DNA of 64,000 nucleotides from Negaprion brevirostris (Eukaryota): contig JARDVH010000097.1 in NCBI GenBank assembly GCA_030324005.1, forward strand, positions 61,183,278 through 61,247,277, read 5' to 3'. How positions within the stretch are numbered: the stretch's first letter is position 1; each line of letters opens with the position of its first letter. The position numbers were made by a program, and so were the translations under genes. Shown here in pieces: positions 26,804-39,190 of this stretch. The notes beneath the pieces are model-generated. The model was not told where the DNA came from, ran no database searches, and saw only the letters and a program-made list of their open reading frames with translations.

Positions 26804-27489
26804 GAACAAGTTCACATGCACGATATGCAATGAAGTGAATTGCATTGACACACATTGATATGCTATTTTAGCTTTTAACTCGTATCTATTCCTATTCTTC
26901 CCCCTCGCAATCAAAACCAAAGTTTGCAAAAGATATTTGAGAAGCTTTAGGATCAGAATGAGCATAGTAAAGATCTGCAAATGCCCAGTTCCCCTCAGTC
27001 CAGCAGCAGACCAATGGACTATAGATTCATTGAAAACAATCTGAAATGCTGGGGGTCTCCAACAATATGAAATGTTTTGTAACTTTGAAGCTTCAGTTGT
27101 GTTATAAAGCTGATAATGTTGACTAATTATATGCATGTAATGTCCTTAAATATCCTTCTCTCCTGTGTTTTCTTCTTTTGTCCTTCAATATTTTGCCGTT
27201 CTTCTCCTGAAGATATTAGATTCCTTCGGTTCCATGAGTGCCCTGCACACTGAAGAGAGTGCCTGTTGCTCATATCTGGATTTCAGACAGTGAATGCCTC
27301 CAGGCATCACAGAAGAGCCCAATTATGTCTTCACCCAACATCCACAGACACTGCCCCATCTCCTCCATTCCAGCAGAACTAATGGTCCCTGATCAGGAGC
27401 AAGGAAAGAGCTTTGTTTCACCTCACCTGGGATCTCAAGATCACTTGAAAATAATCGTTAAACCTCTGTTAAGATCCCAGATGCTAATT

Positions 27490-28128
27490 TCATAAAATCA
27501 TAGAATCCCTACAGTGCAGAAGGAGGCCATTTGGCCCATCGAGCATGCACCAACAATTGTCGCACCCAGCCTGTAACCGCATTTATTTATCCAGCTAATT
27601 CCCTTGACTGTAAGGGACAATTGAGTGTGGCCAATCAACCTAAGCTGCACATCTTTGTACTGTGGGAGGAAACATGGATACCCAGAGGAAACACATGCAG
27701 ACTGAATAAACTGGGACTATACTCATTGGAATTCAGAAGAATATGGAGAGNNNNNNNNNNGGAATAGATAAGATAGAAGCAGGGAGGTTACTCCATTGAC
27801 AGGTGAAACTAGAACTGGGGAGCATGGCATCAAAATAAGGGGGAGCAGGTTAATTTCTGGAATTCCCTGCCCAGTGAAGCCGTTGAGGTCTCGTTGAATG
27901 TTTTTAAGGCAAGGGTAGATAAATTTTCAACAGTAAAAGAATTAAGGGTTATGGTGAACGGGCGGGTAAGATCAGCCATGATCTTATTGAATAGTGGAGC
28001 AGGCTCAAGGGGCCAGATGGCCTACTTCTGCTCCTGGTTTTTATGTTCTTATGACAAGGGAGAGAATTGAACTCGGGTCCCTGGCGCTGTGAGGTAGCAG
28101 TGCTAACCACATGGTCACCGTGTCACCC
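27490..28128 (-). mobile_element. HE1-like V-SINE interrupted by a CR1 insertion
   Basis: Tail and V-domain at 27490-27702; head (gaattgaactcgggtccctggcgctgtgaggtagcagtgctaaccac) at 28055-28128. Confidence 0.85.
27700..28052 (+). mobile_element. CR1 LINE 3' end nested in HE1
   Basis: RLNKLGLYSLEFRRI..., then 3'UTR gatcagccatgatcttattgaa...cctacttctgctcct...tatgttcttatg. Confidence 0.9.
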
Positions 28129-30282
28129 AATTTCAACAAGCTTAGTGAGAACCAGGAATTGAAGCTAAAATGATAGTTCAGCTTAATAAACTCTCTAAGC
28201 CAGTGGGAAGAAGTCTTGTCTTTCTTCCTTTTAGCGATTCTATAAGTGAAAACTGAAACAAGGAGAGACTTTCAATCATTCAGTCAGCGCAGTTATTAAT
28301 CAAGAGGAGTCATTGCTGTTTTGTGGGCCCAGAGGAGCCACACCTCAGCCTGTGTCCCAGTGGTGCCATAATGCAACAGATACAATGCTGGAGGGAAACA
28401 ATGATGTTCTCCAGCACTAATGACACTGTTCTCTTATGTGTGACAAGATAGAAAAAAAAGTATGCTAATGACTGTCTTCTGGCCCTTTGAAGCAATGGGA
28501 TTAAATGCTTCCATTGCAGTCTGCCACAAAATGGAAGAGTGTGAGTTTGTATCTACAGTTGTCATGCGAATTCCTGACCTTAGTTATATTGTCTTGCCCT
28601 TTATCACAATTAAGGACAAACGTAATAGTGCATCCTTGTCGGTCCCTCCTACACTGCCATAGATGTACGCAGTGTAAGGAAGCCAGTATAGAGGAAGGGA
28701 ATTAATTTAAAGAAAAGATGAAGTTGGACAAATCATCAATTGTTAAAGTACAGAAGCACAAGCTGTTACATCAATGCAAATGCAAATATAAAGCACTTTT
28801 GCTGTTCTTAAAGAATAGTACAGGTGCTTAGTGCCAAGAGAACTGATGAATGGCTGAGCTATCAGTGATCTATTTTAGCAAAGGCAGTTTCCAGCTCCAC
28901 CCCTAACTATGTAGCACTGGAGGTCACTGTGGGAAAAGTCCTTTTCTTCCCAGCTGGCTTTCCAAACCTAATGAGTTAACAATTGAAATGTAGGAAGTTG
29001 CTTTGAAGGTCAGCAAGGCATCACTTTGACAATACCCCTGAGTTCAGAGATGATACTGCTGCTACAAACGGCAGATTTGAAAGTTTATCAGTTGGCAAGT
29101 TTCAAAAAAGCAAAGTGGCAGAAGGAAGTGAAAGTTGATCTGCAAAATAGTACATGAAAAATGAGTTATTTTCTGATCACCTTGTTAGATCTGAGCATCA
29201 CAAAGGTCAGCAGACTGGAACAATGCAAGTGTCCTAGGTTGAATAACACCAGGGAATATTAACCTAGGACCTCCAGGTCAAGCATGACTGAATTAAAGAA
29301 AACATTGGAACAGCAGTGGTCCGAGAAGAAAAAAATGCAAAAGTCAAAGAGTTAAGGAGGAGGATTCTCTCAGTTATCAATTAGACTCAAGAGGAAAGTC
29401 CTTATCAAATGACGAATAGCTAGGGGTAGTTTAGTTCACTTGGTGCAATTTCCGTTGATTAGATTTTAACAACCATCATAGTAGATATTAAATGGTGATG
29501 AAACATAAACCAAGCTTCCTCTCTGGTCTATAGCTAGTGCACAACAAACACTTAAGTGACCAGTGCCTGAACCTATTATACTATGCTCTGATCTCAGCAT
29601 GTCATTGAGGTGCTGTGCCAAATAAAGGGCATGCACTTCCCAGGAAGGAGGAATAATTGGAGGGCTGCTCTCTCCGGGAAGTTCTCACACACCCTGACAG
29701 ACAGTTTACAGGATGGTTTGAGCAGAAGAATAGGAATTGGTCACCTACCTGCTCTCTTGCCTGGTGTATGGTGCATGAGGCAGACATGTGGAATTAAAAT
29801 AGGTTTTGGGAAGAAAAATACAAAAGGGCTCAAAAAAAACATCGGCCAGTAAAATTGTAGTTGCTAGTTAAACTGGTGCACTTTTAAATTATTTTTGTGT
29901 TCAGGTTATTTTGAAACTTTGCACAAATTTAAAAAGGACCCAACAGCATAAGAGTGCTAATTTTCCTTATCGTACATTTAGAATAGAGTTGTGAAACAAA
30001 ATTGACAAGAAATGTTATCCCCCTCAACACATGGCCGAAAGAGCAGAGGGAGCTTAGATTATAATGGTGCCTATGTGCCTTTCCACAAATACCAGCTTGT
30101 CATTTTAAGAAATTAAAGTTTTGCTGTCTTTAATTACACTAAATACTCTCCCCGTCAGACACTGGGGCACAGAAATTGTGATATGGAATAGAAGTGTGAA
30201 GCTGCTGAACATAATCATTTGAAATTTGTTTTCCGCTGTTTAGTGGATATGTTACCATGTTTATTGTGAAGTCTCTGCCAAA

Positions 30283-31459
30283 TCCAAAGTTCCGATGTAC
30301 TTTTTCCTGAGTCTTGTTTGCGAAACCAGGAATTGTCGCGACTCCACTCTTCTGACTGAAGAGTGTAAATTCAAGTCACAATGTCTGGAATTGACATGGG
30401 GAGAGTGAACTAACCGTGCCACTTTCCTACCATTATTTACCTTCGGAAAGCAGAAATCAGTTGCACTGTTGAAACCAGCATTCTGTCTACCTGCAGAACA
30501 GCACTAATGTTTTAGCCAGCCAAAACAGTTGAAAGAGAAATTTCAGATCAATGTATTAATCATCTACAAGAGAAAATTTCAATGTCATTATGCCCATTTT
30601 CTGGGCTTAAAAGCAATATTAGGGGATCAGTTTTGGGCTGTGATTTCCTGTGCCCGATCTCTGCTGGAAATATGTCAGTTGTCAAACTGGAAGACAGCAG
30701 TTATGCATGCAGGGTGCCCATCTGGAATTGGTGTTCTTGTAGTGGTTGAAATTCCTCTCTTTCCTTCTTTAAGGTGTTCTTTCAAATTGTTCAAAATGGG
30801 TCTAATAACCTTCAAATGTTCCTTTCTTTTGAAATCAGGAGAAGCAGAACTTGTTGCTAGTGGTTCCAAAAAAAATTCCAAGCCATTCCAAAGCAAATGT
30901 TGGCAATTGTTGTCCTCATGTTGTCCCGTATGTTGTGTTCAAATATCCACATACATCAGAAGGGGCTTTTGCATTAGCCTTCAATATTTGGCTGTCATCA
31001 TGTGACCTTCACAAAGCCAACAGCTACATTAAAATAATCAGGTGGCTTTTTGTAGATTGATGCCCTGAAAGCTACAGTTTTGCTTTTGACATCATTAAAT
31101 GCCCAGCTTTGACAGCAAACATTGCACTTTGGGAGTGACGTAGCAGAATGGCCTGACATAATCATATAAACAAACCAATATCCTCTGTATAATGATGCCA
31201 AGGCATAACATTATGAAGGCAATATGTATGCTGGCTAAAACATTAGCATTGGCCTGGTGGGAGGCAGAATGCTGGTTTCAACAGTGCATCTGATTTACTA
31301 AAGACTGTTTCTGCTTTCTAAAGGCAAATAAAGGTAGGAAACTGGCATGGTCAGCTCAATCTGTGGTCTGAATTTATATTCTTCAGTCAGAAGAGTGGAG
31401 TCGAGACAACTACTGGTTCCGTAAACAAGACCCGGGAAGAAGTACCCCGGAACTTTGGA
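30283..31459. repeat. Long inverted repeat (arms 30283-30520 and 31230-31459)
   Basis: For example gactccactcttctgactgaaga vs tcttcagtcagaagagtggagtc, and tgcactgttgaaaccagcattctg vs cagaatgctggtttcaacagtgca. Confidence 0.85.
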
Positions 31460-32124
31460 GTTTCATTTGGGCCAGGGGTAGAGATGGGGATGGCTAGGTT
31501 TTATAGGATTCATGCAATGAGGAAGTTGTAAGTGTGAAGGGGAGCTGTGCAGAGCGCCTGCCCCAGTGCATCAGCATTTTGTCAACGCAATGGAAAAAAA
31601 AGCAAAGAATGGTCCTCTAGTCCTTAAACCACACATGTCCTCCCACCCCTCTCCCATCCAATATACTCTCCATATCATCTCTTTTCTCCACATACACCAC
31701 ATGCCCCTCATACCCTACATGTCCTTTACATACCCCCATGACCCTTTATTGTCCCTATGCCAATATAGTACTAAACTACACCAACTGATGCCTAACCCTT
31801 TGTTCTTACACTTACCATGCCAACTCACTCTGTATCCTCCAACGGCAGACCTCAGAATCCATGCTGAGATTAAATGAAGTTCTTAAACATCTATTGATGA
31901 ATTCACTATTTCAAAATAAAACACTCTAATTGACCATTTACCACATTTAATTTCCTCTAATATCCTACAAAAATAAGCATTGTGATTCATTGTCCAAATT
32001 AAAAGAGTTTATCACTTGGAGCTATCAGTCAAACCGGTGAATGGATATGCACTTCACTAAGCTAATGAAAAGTTGTGAAATCAGTGATGCAGCACTAAAC
32101 CTATATTGATGACTCTCAGATTTA

Positions 32125-32720
32125 TACAAACATACAAACAAGGAGCAGGAGTAGGTCATTCACCCTTCAAGCCTGCTCTTCCATTCAATAACATCATGGC
32201 TGATCTGATAACCTAAAATCTGCTTTCTGTCCACTCCCAATAACCTTTCCACTCTTGCTTACCAAAAATCTATTCACCTGTGCCTTAAAAAGTTCCAAAG
32301 ATTCTGCTACCACAAACTTTTCAGGAAGAGAATTCCAAAGTCTCATGACCCTCTGAGTGACAGAAATTCATCTCATCTCTGTTTTAAATGAGCAGCACCT
32401 TAATTTTAAATAGTGACCCCTGGATCTAGATCCTCTCAAAAGAGGAATTATCCTCTCCACATCCACCCTGTTAAGACCCCTCAGGTTCTTATATGTTTCA
32501 ATGTTTCAATCAAGTTGCCTCTTACTCTTCTAAACTCCAGCAGCTGCCCAACTTTTCCTCATAAGACAACTCACCTATTCCAGATATTAATCTTAGAAAG
32601 CTTCTCTAAACTGCTTCCAATGCGTTTACATCCTTTCTTAAGGAAGGTGACCAGTACTGTGTACAGTACTCCAAGTGTGGTCTCCCTCGTGCCCTGTACA
32701 ACTGAAGAATAGCCTCCCTA
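32125..32720 (-). mobile_element. CR1 LINE 3' portion
   Basis: aggagcaggagtaggtcattc tail region, gaattccaaagtctcatgaccctctgag, and cagtactccaagtgtggtct (reverse of RPHLEYC). Confidence 0.88.
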
Positions 32721-32788
32721 GACAGAGAAATAGCAAGATTTTTCTTTAAACATGCAGACAGAATTTTTCAAATAATTAAATTTTAAAA

Positions 32789-33078
32789 TTTATTTATTAG
32801 TGTCACCAGTAGGCTTACGTTAACACTGCAATGAACATAGAACATAGAACATTACAGCGCAGAACAGGCCCTTCGGCCCACGATGTTGCGCCGACCAGTT
32901 AAANNNNNNNNNNNNNNNNNNNNNNNNNNNTTTCACACTATGAGAGGAAACCGGAGCACTGAAGGAAACCCACACAGACTCAGGGAGAAGGTGGAGACTC
33001 CACACAGACAGTAACCCAAGCTGGGAATTGAACCCGAACCCTGGCACTGTAAGGCAGCAGTGCTAGCCACTGTGCCGT
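32789..33078 (-). mobile_element. HE1-headed SINE with alternative tail, interrupted by a young CR1 tail (32835-32903) and a gap
   Basis: Head at 33020-33078. Tail tttatttattagtgtcaccagtaggcttac matches 63590-63630. Insert is aacatagaacatagaacattacagcgcagaacaggcccttcggccc. Confidence 0.8.
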
Positions 33079-34647
33079 TCGGATGTGGGGCAAAAGTCCT
33101 CATCCTGTAACAGGAACATGACTTAGAATGCTGCAAATGTTGTGCTTCTGCTGAAGCTACATTGAATAGGAATGAAGGTTATCCAGGTATAAAGTAATGC
33201 CCACTTTTCACATCCAGTTATATCTAATGGGTGACCATCACAAAAATGAGCATGAGTGGAATTTGCATGAGAAAGTAAATGAATTGCATATTTCATAGTA
33301 TTTTGATGGAGATGCTGAAAATTAAGCCCAGCGCATTTGCAGTCATACTGTTCTCACTGAGCTTTCAACAGGTACCTCAACTGACACTTTTTACCAGAGG
33401 CTATAGGCATCTGTTATATTTTGAAATGACAGCAGTTCTGTAACTGGCTAGGCTGAGGGGCTGTTTTATTATGTGCTGTGTGATATGTGACATGCTTGAG
33501 GATACTCTTCCTCCTGCAGTGTCTTCCTGTAGTGTTCCTACATTCATTCTGCACATGGCTACCCTTTTCCTTCCAGTTTTTTTGCCTTACCAAAGTAAAT
33601 AGATAATTAAAATGCCGTATGGAGGAGATTTGTCAATGTGGCTATGAGCCTGAGGAATGAATTTAACGTTTGCCACTTCAACTCAAAGTCCACCTCAGGT
33701 ATCTTCACTGCCATGTGCCTCCAGTAGAGCTTTGTGCTGTGACTGATGTGTGAGAATTGTGACTCAGTGTCACGATGAAAAGAATCCTTACTGTCTTGTC
33801 AAAAGGAGATGCTGGCAGGGTTTTGTCAGAGTCTTGCAATTATGAAAAAAATTAGAAGATTTTAAGAAAGTACATTATTTGTGAGTAGGATCAAATATCT
33901 GAATTGAATCTGTTGCCTGTTTGACTCTGTCACATTTTGTTCCTGTTGGTCCTGGGGACGTTTTATGTTTAATGGCACTATATAAATGTAAGTTGTTGGT
34001 GAGTTATTGATCTGTGTTTATGTAGCTATGTGAGCAATGTATGATTGTATTGTCAGTACATCCACAGAAACAGAATGCCCAGTGAGTCTGACACCAAAAA
34101 AGATCAACTTCAGGCAAATGGACAAGGAATTGAGTGACATACTGATGTTCCACCTCTGTAAGTGCAATTAGGCAATACACACTGATGTTCACCCTCTGTA
34201 AAGTAGGCCTCAAATGCAGTGGATTGTGACATGATGGAAGTCCTTGGCTGCTGTTCATGTGATGAGTTTGAGGAAGCTTCAGTTTCTAGAATGAGTTGAC
34301 TTATGCCAGTCAATTTTGTCAAGTGGAAATTCGAACTGATTTTTACATCCATATTCCTGATATATAATCTCACCACATAAATCTTGGTACTGAGAGTATA
34401 AATTTGTACAAAAATTACCCCTACCAGGTGTACAGCTCTGAACTTGCACTCGAGTAATCTGTTTTTAATTCTGTACCTAAACCATGCTTGGAGAGCTTTA
34501 CACAGAACTGGACCCCAAAGAAAATAAAATTCAATAGCACTGGCCAACAATGTTCAAATGGTAAGCTATGGATGCCTGCTTCATGTTTAGTGAAGTTGGA
34601 GGAGGGAAAGAATTTGAGAAGGAGGAGGTGGCTATGAACAAGGAGAA

Positions 34648-34870
34648 GCACAGTAAGAAGTCTCACAACACCAAGTTGAAGTCCAACAGGTTTATTTGGA
34701 ATCATGAGCTTTCGGAGCACTGCTCCTTCATCAGCACTCCNNNNNNNNNNGAGGAAGGAGCAGCGCTCTGAAAGCTCGTGATCCCTGATAAACCTGTTGG
34801 ATGTTAACCTGGTGTTGTGAGACTTCTTATTGTGCCTACCCCAGTCCAACGCCATCATCTTCACATCATG
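34648..34870. mobile_element. Penelope-like element terminus in inverted arrangement, with hammerhead-like cores
   Basis: Arms of ~87 bp (34648-34735 / 34751-34835) are reverse complements. They contain (CT)GA(T/G)GAAGGAGCAG(C/T)GCTC(C/T)GAAAGCTC. Confidence 0.75.
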
Positions 34871-34879
34871 CCCATCTGG

Positions 34880-35198
34880 GAAGGAAGCCCCAGAACTAAG
34901 AGCCACCATGGGTAATCTGATTGACTGGCAGCTCTCTAGTACCAACAGTGCCAATAGGAGTGGTGGCCACTGCTGGGACTGCACCCAGCCCATGAAGGCA
35001 AAGAGCACAGAGTTCTATTTGGCCACTTAAGGACCCTAATTGATGCGAGGGCAGCAAGCCAAGCAAGGCCTCACCCGCCACCCATTAAGTCAGGGCTAGG
35101 TCAGGACCAGGTGCGTAAGCAGCAGGGAGGTTCCCACAAACCTTTACTGACTCCCATGCTTACAAACCTGCCCACAGCAAGCCATAAAATTCTGCCCA
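34880..35198. mobile_element. MITE-like element, partial
   Basis: ggccacttaagg...cctcacccgccacccattaag...aaaattctgccc terminus. Confidence 0.5.
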
Positions 35199-35569
35199 AG
35201 AGCTCTCTCCCCAACACCGATATGAGAGCACCTTAATCAAGGAGAAGTATCACCACCTTATCAAGGTCAGTCAGGAATGGGCAATAAATGTCTTCTTTCA
35301 CCTCTTCTTAAATTGAAGCTATTGTTTGTTTCTCTTTGCGCACCTAGGTGCACGATGTAGACTTTCATCTGCTTCCATAGTGAGGTTTTTCCTGGAACAG
35401 ATCACCAATCCTGTCATCAGAGACTTTTTGAGGGATGCCACTTCGCAACAAGTGTGGCTGATTCTCCCGCATCTTTGAAGGATTTTGCAGCTTGATACTT
35501 ACCACAACCTGTTGGATGGGTTATGAACGCACCTTTCTTGGCCACTAAGTCCAAGGGTGGGACTCTGAA

Positions 35570-35988
35570 GACTCTGGGTCTGTACTCGATAGAGTTTAGG
35601 AGGATGAGGAGGGATCTCATTGAAACTTACAGAATATTGAAAGACGTGGATAGAGTGGATATGGGGAAGATCTTTCCATTAGTAGGAGAGACGAGGATCT
35701 ATGGGCACGGTCTCAAAGTAAAGGGGCAACCCTTAGAATCGAGATGAGCAGGCATTTCTTCAGCCAGAGGATGGTGAATCTGTGGAATTCATTGTCTGAG
35801 AAGACAGTGGAGGCCAGGTCATTGAATATATTTAAGACAGAGATAGATAGGTTCTTGATTAGTAAAGGGATCAAAAGTTACGGGGAAAAAGCAGGAGAAC
35901 AGGGCTGAGAAACGTATCATCCATGATTAAATGGTGAAGCAGTCTCGAAGGCCAAATGGTCTAATTCTGCTCCCGTGTCTTATGGTGT
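35570..35988 (+). mobile_element. CR1 LINE 3' end
   Basis: LKTLGLYSIEFRRMRRDLIETYRILKDVDRVDMGKIFPLVGETR..GHGLKVKG, plus CR1 3'UTR. Confidence 0.92.
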
Positions 35989-36700
35989 AACATAGAGCCC
36001 TAGAGGATCCCCACTGCACCTCAAACAAGACCTTCAAATTGAAGTGTTGGTGAAGATTATTTATTATTATCTATCGAAAGACCATCACAAATTTTATCCT
36101 GTGGATTACTTTATAGTTCCTGCTTCTCAGTCCAGGATTCTCACTGCAGGCTTGGTATGAGCAAATTTTTATTGCTTTAGCAATGTCCTCCTATGCTCAT
36201 TTATTTCAGCAATTTTATCTATGCAAACTGCTAAGATAGTAAATCAACTTGCAAAAATTTGGGGTCAAGACAAGGTTACGTTGCAAAAATTTATAATTAG
36301 CATTGATCTGATCGCACTTGGGCATTCTTAACTTAATGTTTCTCATGAAGTTTTGTGGTGAGTGCTGATTTGATTTCTGTTTACAAGTTTATTTAGCTTT
36401 ACTGCATCAAATCTAGAAGAAGTGCACCCAGTCGAACACCAATTGACTTCCAATCTCTTTAATTTATGATATTTGTTACTTTTCACCACATTGTAATCAT
36501 TGTTATACATTGCTCGAAGCAGCCATTCTATCAATGTATTCATGAAGCAAGCTCTTTAGTCCAGTGCCTCTTCACTGGAGGGTTGGTTCATCCTGCATAA
36601 TATGTAGATTTAGGCCATACTGCAAGTAAATAAATAAGTGGTCTGTCATTGGAGCTTGTGGAATTTATCAATGTCCTGCTCTGTTTGTGCAGTTAACAAT

Positions 36701-37035
36701 GGGTGGCACGGTAGCACAGTGGTTAGCACTGCTGCTTCACAGCTCCAGGATCCTGGGTTCGATTCCTGGCTCGGGTCACTGTCTGTGTGTAGTTTGCACA
36801 TTCTCCTTGTGTCTGCATGGCTTTCCTCTGGGTGCTTGGGTTTCCTCTCACAGTCCAAAGATGTGTGGGTTAGGTTGATTGGCTGTGCTAAAATTGCCAC
36901 TTAGTGTCCTGAGATGCGTAGGTTAGAGGGATTAGTGGGTAAACTATGTCAGAATATGGGGGCCTGGGTGGGATTGTGTTCAGTGCAGACTCGATGGGCT
37001 GAATGACCTCTTTCTGTACTGTCGGATTCCTATGA
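36701..37035 (+). mobile_element. HE1-like V-SINE, full length
   Basis: gggtggcacggtagcacagtggttagcactgctgc (A box), GGTTCGATTCC (B box), V-domain and CR1-like tail. Confidence 0.95.
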
Positions 37036-37214
37036 ATGGTAGGGAAACCTCAGAACGATTGGCTCAAGAAACCCTTAAATGTATGAAAAACAAAATACAT
37101 CAGATCATTTAGCTCATTGCTTTGAGGATCTCAAAAGTGAAACTCCCTACCCACCCTCCCCCCGCATCATCTATTGTTCTTGCAATCTACAGACTTTTAA
37201 AATCCAAATTCAAT

Positions 37215-37340
37215 GGGTGAAGTTTTCCCAAGCTGCCCACCACGGGAATCATAGCAGGTGGGATAGGATCTTGCAAAAGTTCGTTGAACTCGGGTGGGAT
37301 TTTCTAGTCTCAGGGCGAAAGTGGCCAGAAAATCCCAACC
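37215..37340. mobile_element. ~125-bp mini-MITE, copy 3
   Basis: gggtgaagttttcc...cccaccacgggaat...tgaactcgggtgggattttc...gaaaatcccaacc. Confidence 0.7.
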
Positions 37341-37595
37341 AATATCACCAAACCACAGCTCCTGCAGCTGGTTCATTTTTTTCATTTATTCTTTTCAACC
37401 TGCACAATGAATCATGGCCTTTCAATTAAATTTCTTGGTTTTTAAATAAAATCTACAATATTCATATTTAATTTGAATCAGGACTAAAATGAATTAATTA
37501 ACTTTTGTCCAAATTGATGGTTTACTTGTCTTACTAAGATTCATTAAAGAAAATGACAAGATTTACATTATTTATGCACAGAAAGATATGTTTGT

Positions 37596-37992
37596 TAGCT
37601 GTGGTTTGTTTGGTAGCACACTGCCCTCTGGGTTCAAGTTCCATCCCAGAGTTTGAGCACATTACTGAGGGAGTGCAACAATGTTGGAGATACTGTCTTT
37701 CATATCATATATTAAACAGAGGCCACACCTGACTACTCTGGTGGATTTTTGTGATGCCACAGCATTAATGTGAAGGAGAGCAGGGGAATTATTCCAAATG
37801 CCTTGACCAATACTTATTCCTCAGTCAACATCACACAGACAGATTAACTGGTCACGGTCACATTCATGTTTGCTGTGTACAAAATTATCTGATGAACTTC
37901 CCACCCGACTAGTTTCAAAGTGAGTTAGTGGCTGGAAAGTGCTTTGAGATATTCCGTGTTTGTAAGAAGCACTATGTAAATGCAAGTTTTTC
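37596..37992 (+). mobile_element. SacSINE1/DeuSINE-like SINE
   Basis: tRNA-like head (ggtagcacact...gggttcaagttcc), tactgagggagtgc, Deu domain (gaaggagagcagggga...tgaccaatacttattcctcagtcaacatcac) and L2-like tail (cactatgtaaatgcaag). Confidence 0.8.
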
Positions 37993-38859
37993 TTTTTTTT
38001 TGTTCACTTCCTCTTGTAAATGATTCAGAAAGAGGATGAAACACAATATAGGAACTGTTCATCTTTTTAAAGAACTGTAAGCAACTTGCCTGATTCCATT
38101 TATCTATTTTTTGGTGGATAAGTACTCAGAAATATCGATGCTATGTACGATTAGTTTGTGAGCTAAAGTTAGTTTCGATGTCTGGTACAATAGCACTCTG
38201 GTTATGGTACTTGACCAGCAACTCAGAAGCAGTAAATTCTGATCTTACCATAAAAAAATGCATAATTGAGCTCAATATTCTCAAATATTTTCATGAAACC
38301 AAAGAGAATTTTGTCAAAAAGCACTGATTTGCTTGTATTTGTCAGGATAGGAGACTGAAACTTTACTTCCTCTGACCTATATGTGAAACCACTTCTAGAC
38401 TATATAGTTCAGCTTTAATGCTCGAGAAAGCAAGTGATCTGATTGTGAAATGATTGCTATGGTCATTAGCAAGAATTCCATAAAGTCGCGCCATTGTCAC
38501 TTCATCATGATAACTCGAAATGTGCAATAAACGTGTGGCCGTAGATGTAAAAACTTATAGTTTATATGGAATTGGGGAAAACTGCATTTCTTCTGCAAAG
38601 CGGGCAATATTTCTGTCATGCTTTTACCTTGGTANNNNNNNNNNATCACCTTCCCAGCCTCTCTCCAGCATTTTCCACTAACATGTGAAGAGCTTATGGG
38701 CTTCAATTGAGCCCCATCAGTTCTGCTGCTTCTGTTGTAACTTTATAACTGGCCAGCCATATATTCCTCGAGGTCATGCTATCCCTAGCTCCGCGCTGCT
38801 AAAACCTCTGAGCAGTCAACTTCCTTTCCCTTTACGAACTGACATTTTAAAAAGTTCCC

Positions 38860-39190
38860 TCTGCTCAGGTTTTGTGCCCTACCTCTTCTTTAAAATCACT
38901 ATCAATACTCTGTTCTTTTTTAAAAAATCTTACATCTCCAAACTCCCTTTCCTCTCATAAACCTTTGAACATTTTGCCCTCTCCCAAATTCGTACCCATA
39001 GTCCTGTCAGATTTCCACCTTGGGCACAGTAATGAAATAGCTATAATTAACATCACAAGCAGCAATCTCTGCGACTGTGTTGATGGTGCATTAACTTTCC
39101 TCACTCTTTGTGACCTCTCCGCATCAATCACACCATTCTCCTTCAATGCCTCTCCTTCATCATCCAGGGTGGGATTGTTCAGCCCTTCCA
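38860..39190 (+). mobile_element. L2 RT fragment
   Basis: LSDFHLGHSNEIAIINITSSNLCDCVDGALTFLTLCDLSA aligns with the L2 consensus QSGFR..HSTETAL..V.NDIL...D.G....LVLLDLSA. Confidence 0.75.

Noticed and set aside
30529-31005. 158-aa ORF inside the inverted repeat, as a possible transposase
   Set aside because: No DDE or other recognisable motif; non-ATG start; composition typical of a chance ORF.
36701-36780. tRNA gene
   Set aside because: The A/B boxes belong to a SINE head continuing into the V-domain; no complete cloverleaf or T-run terminator.
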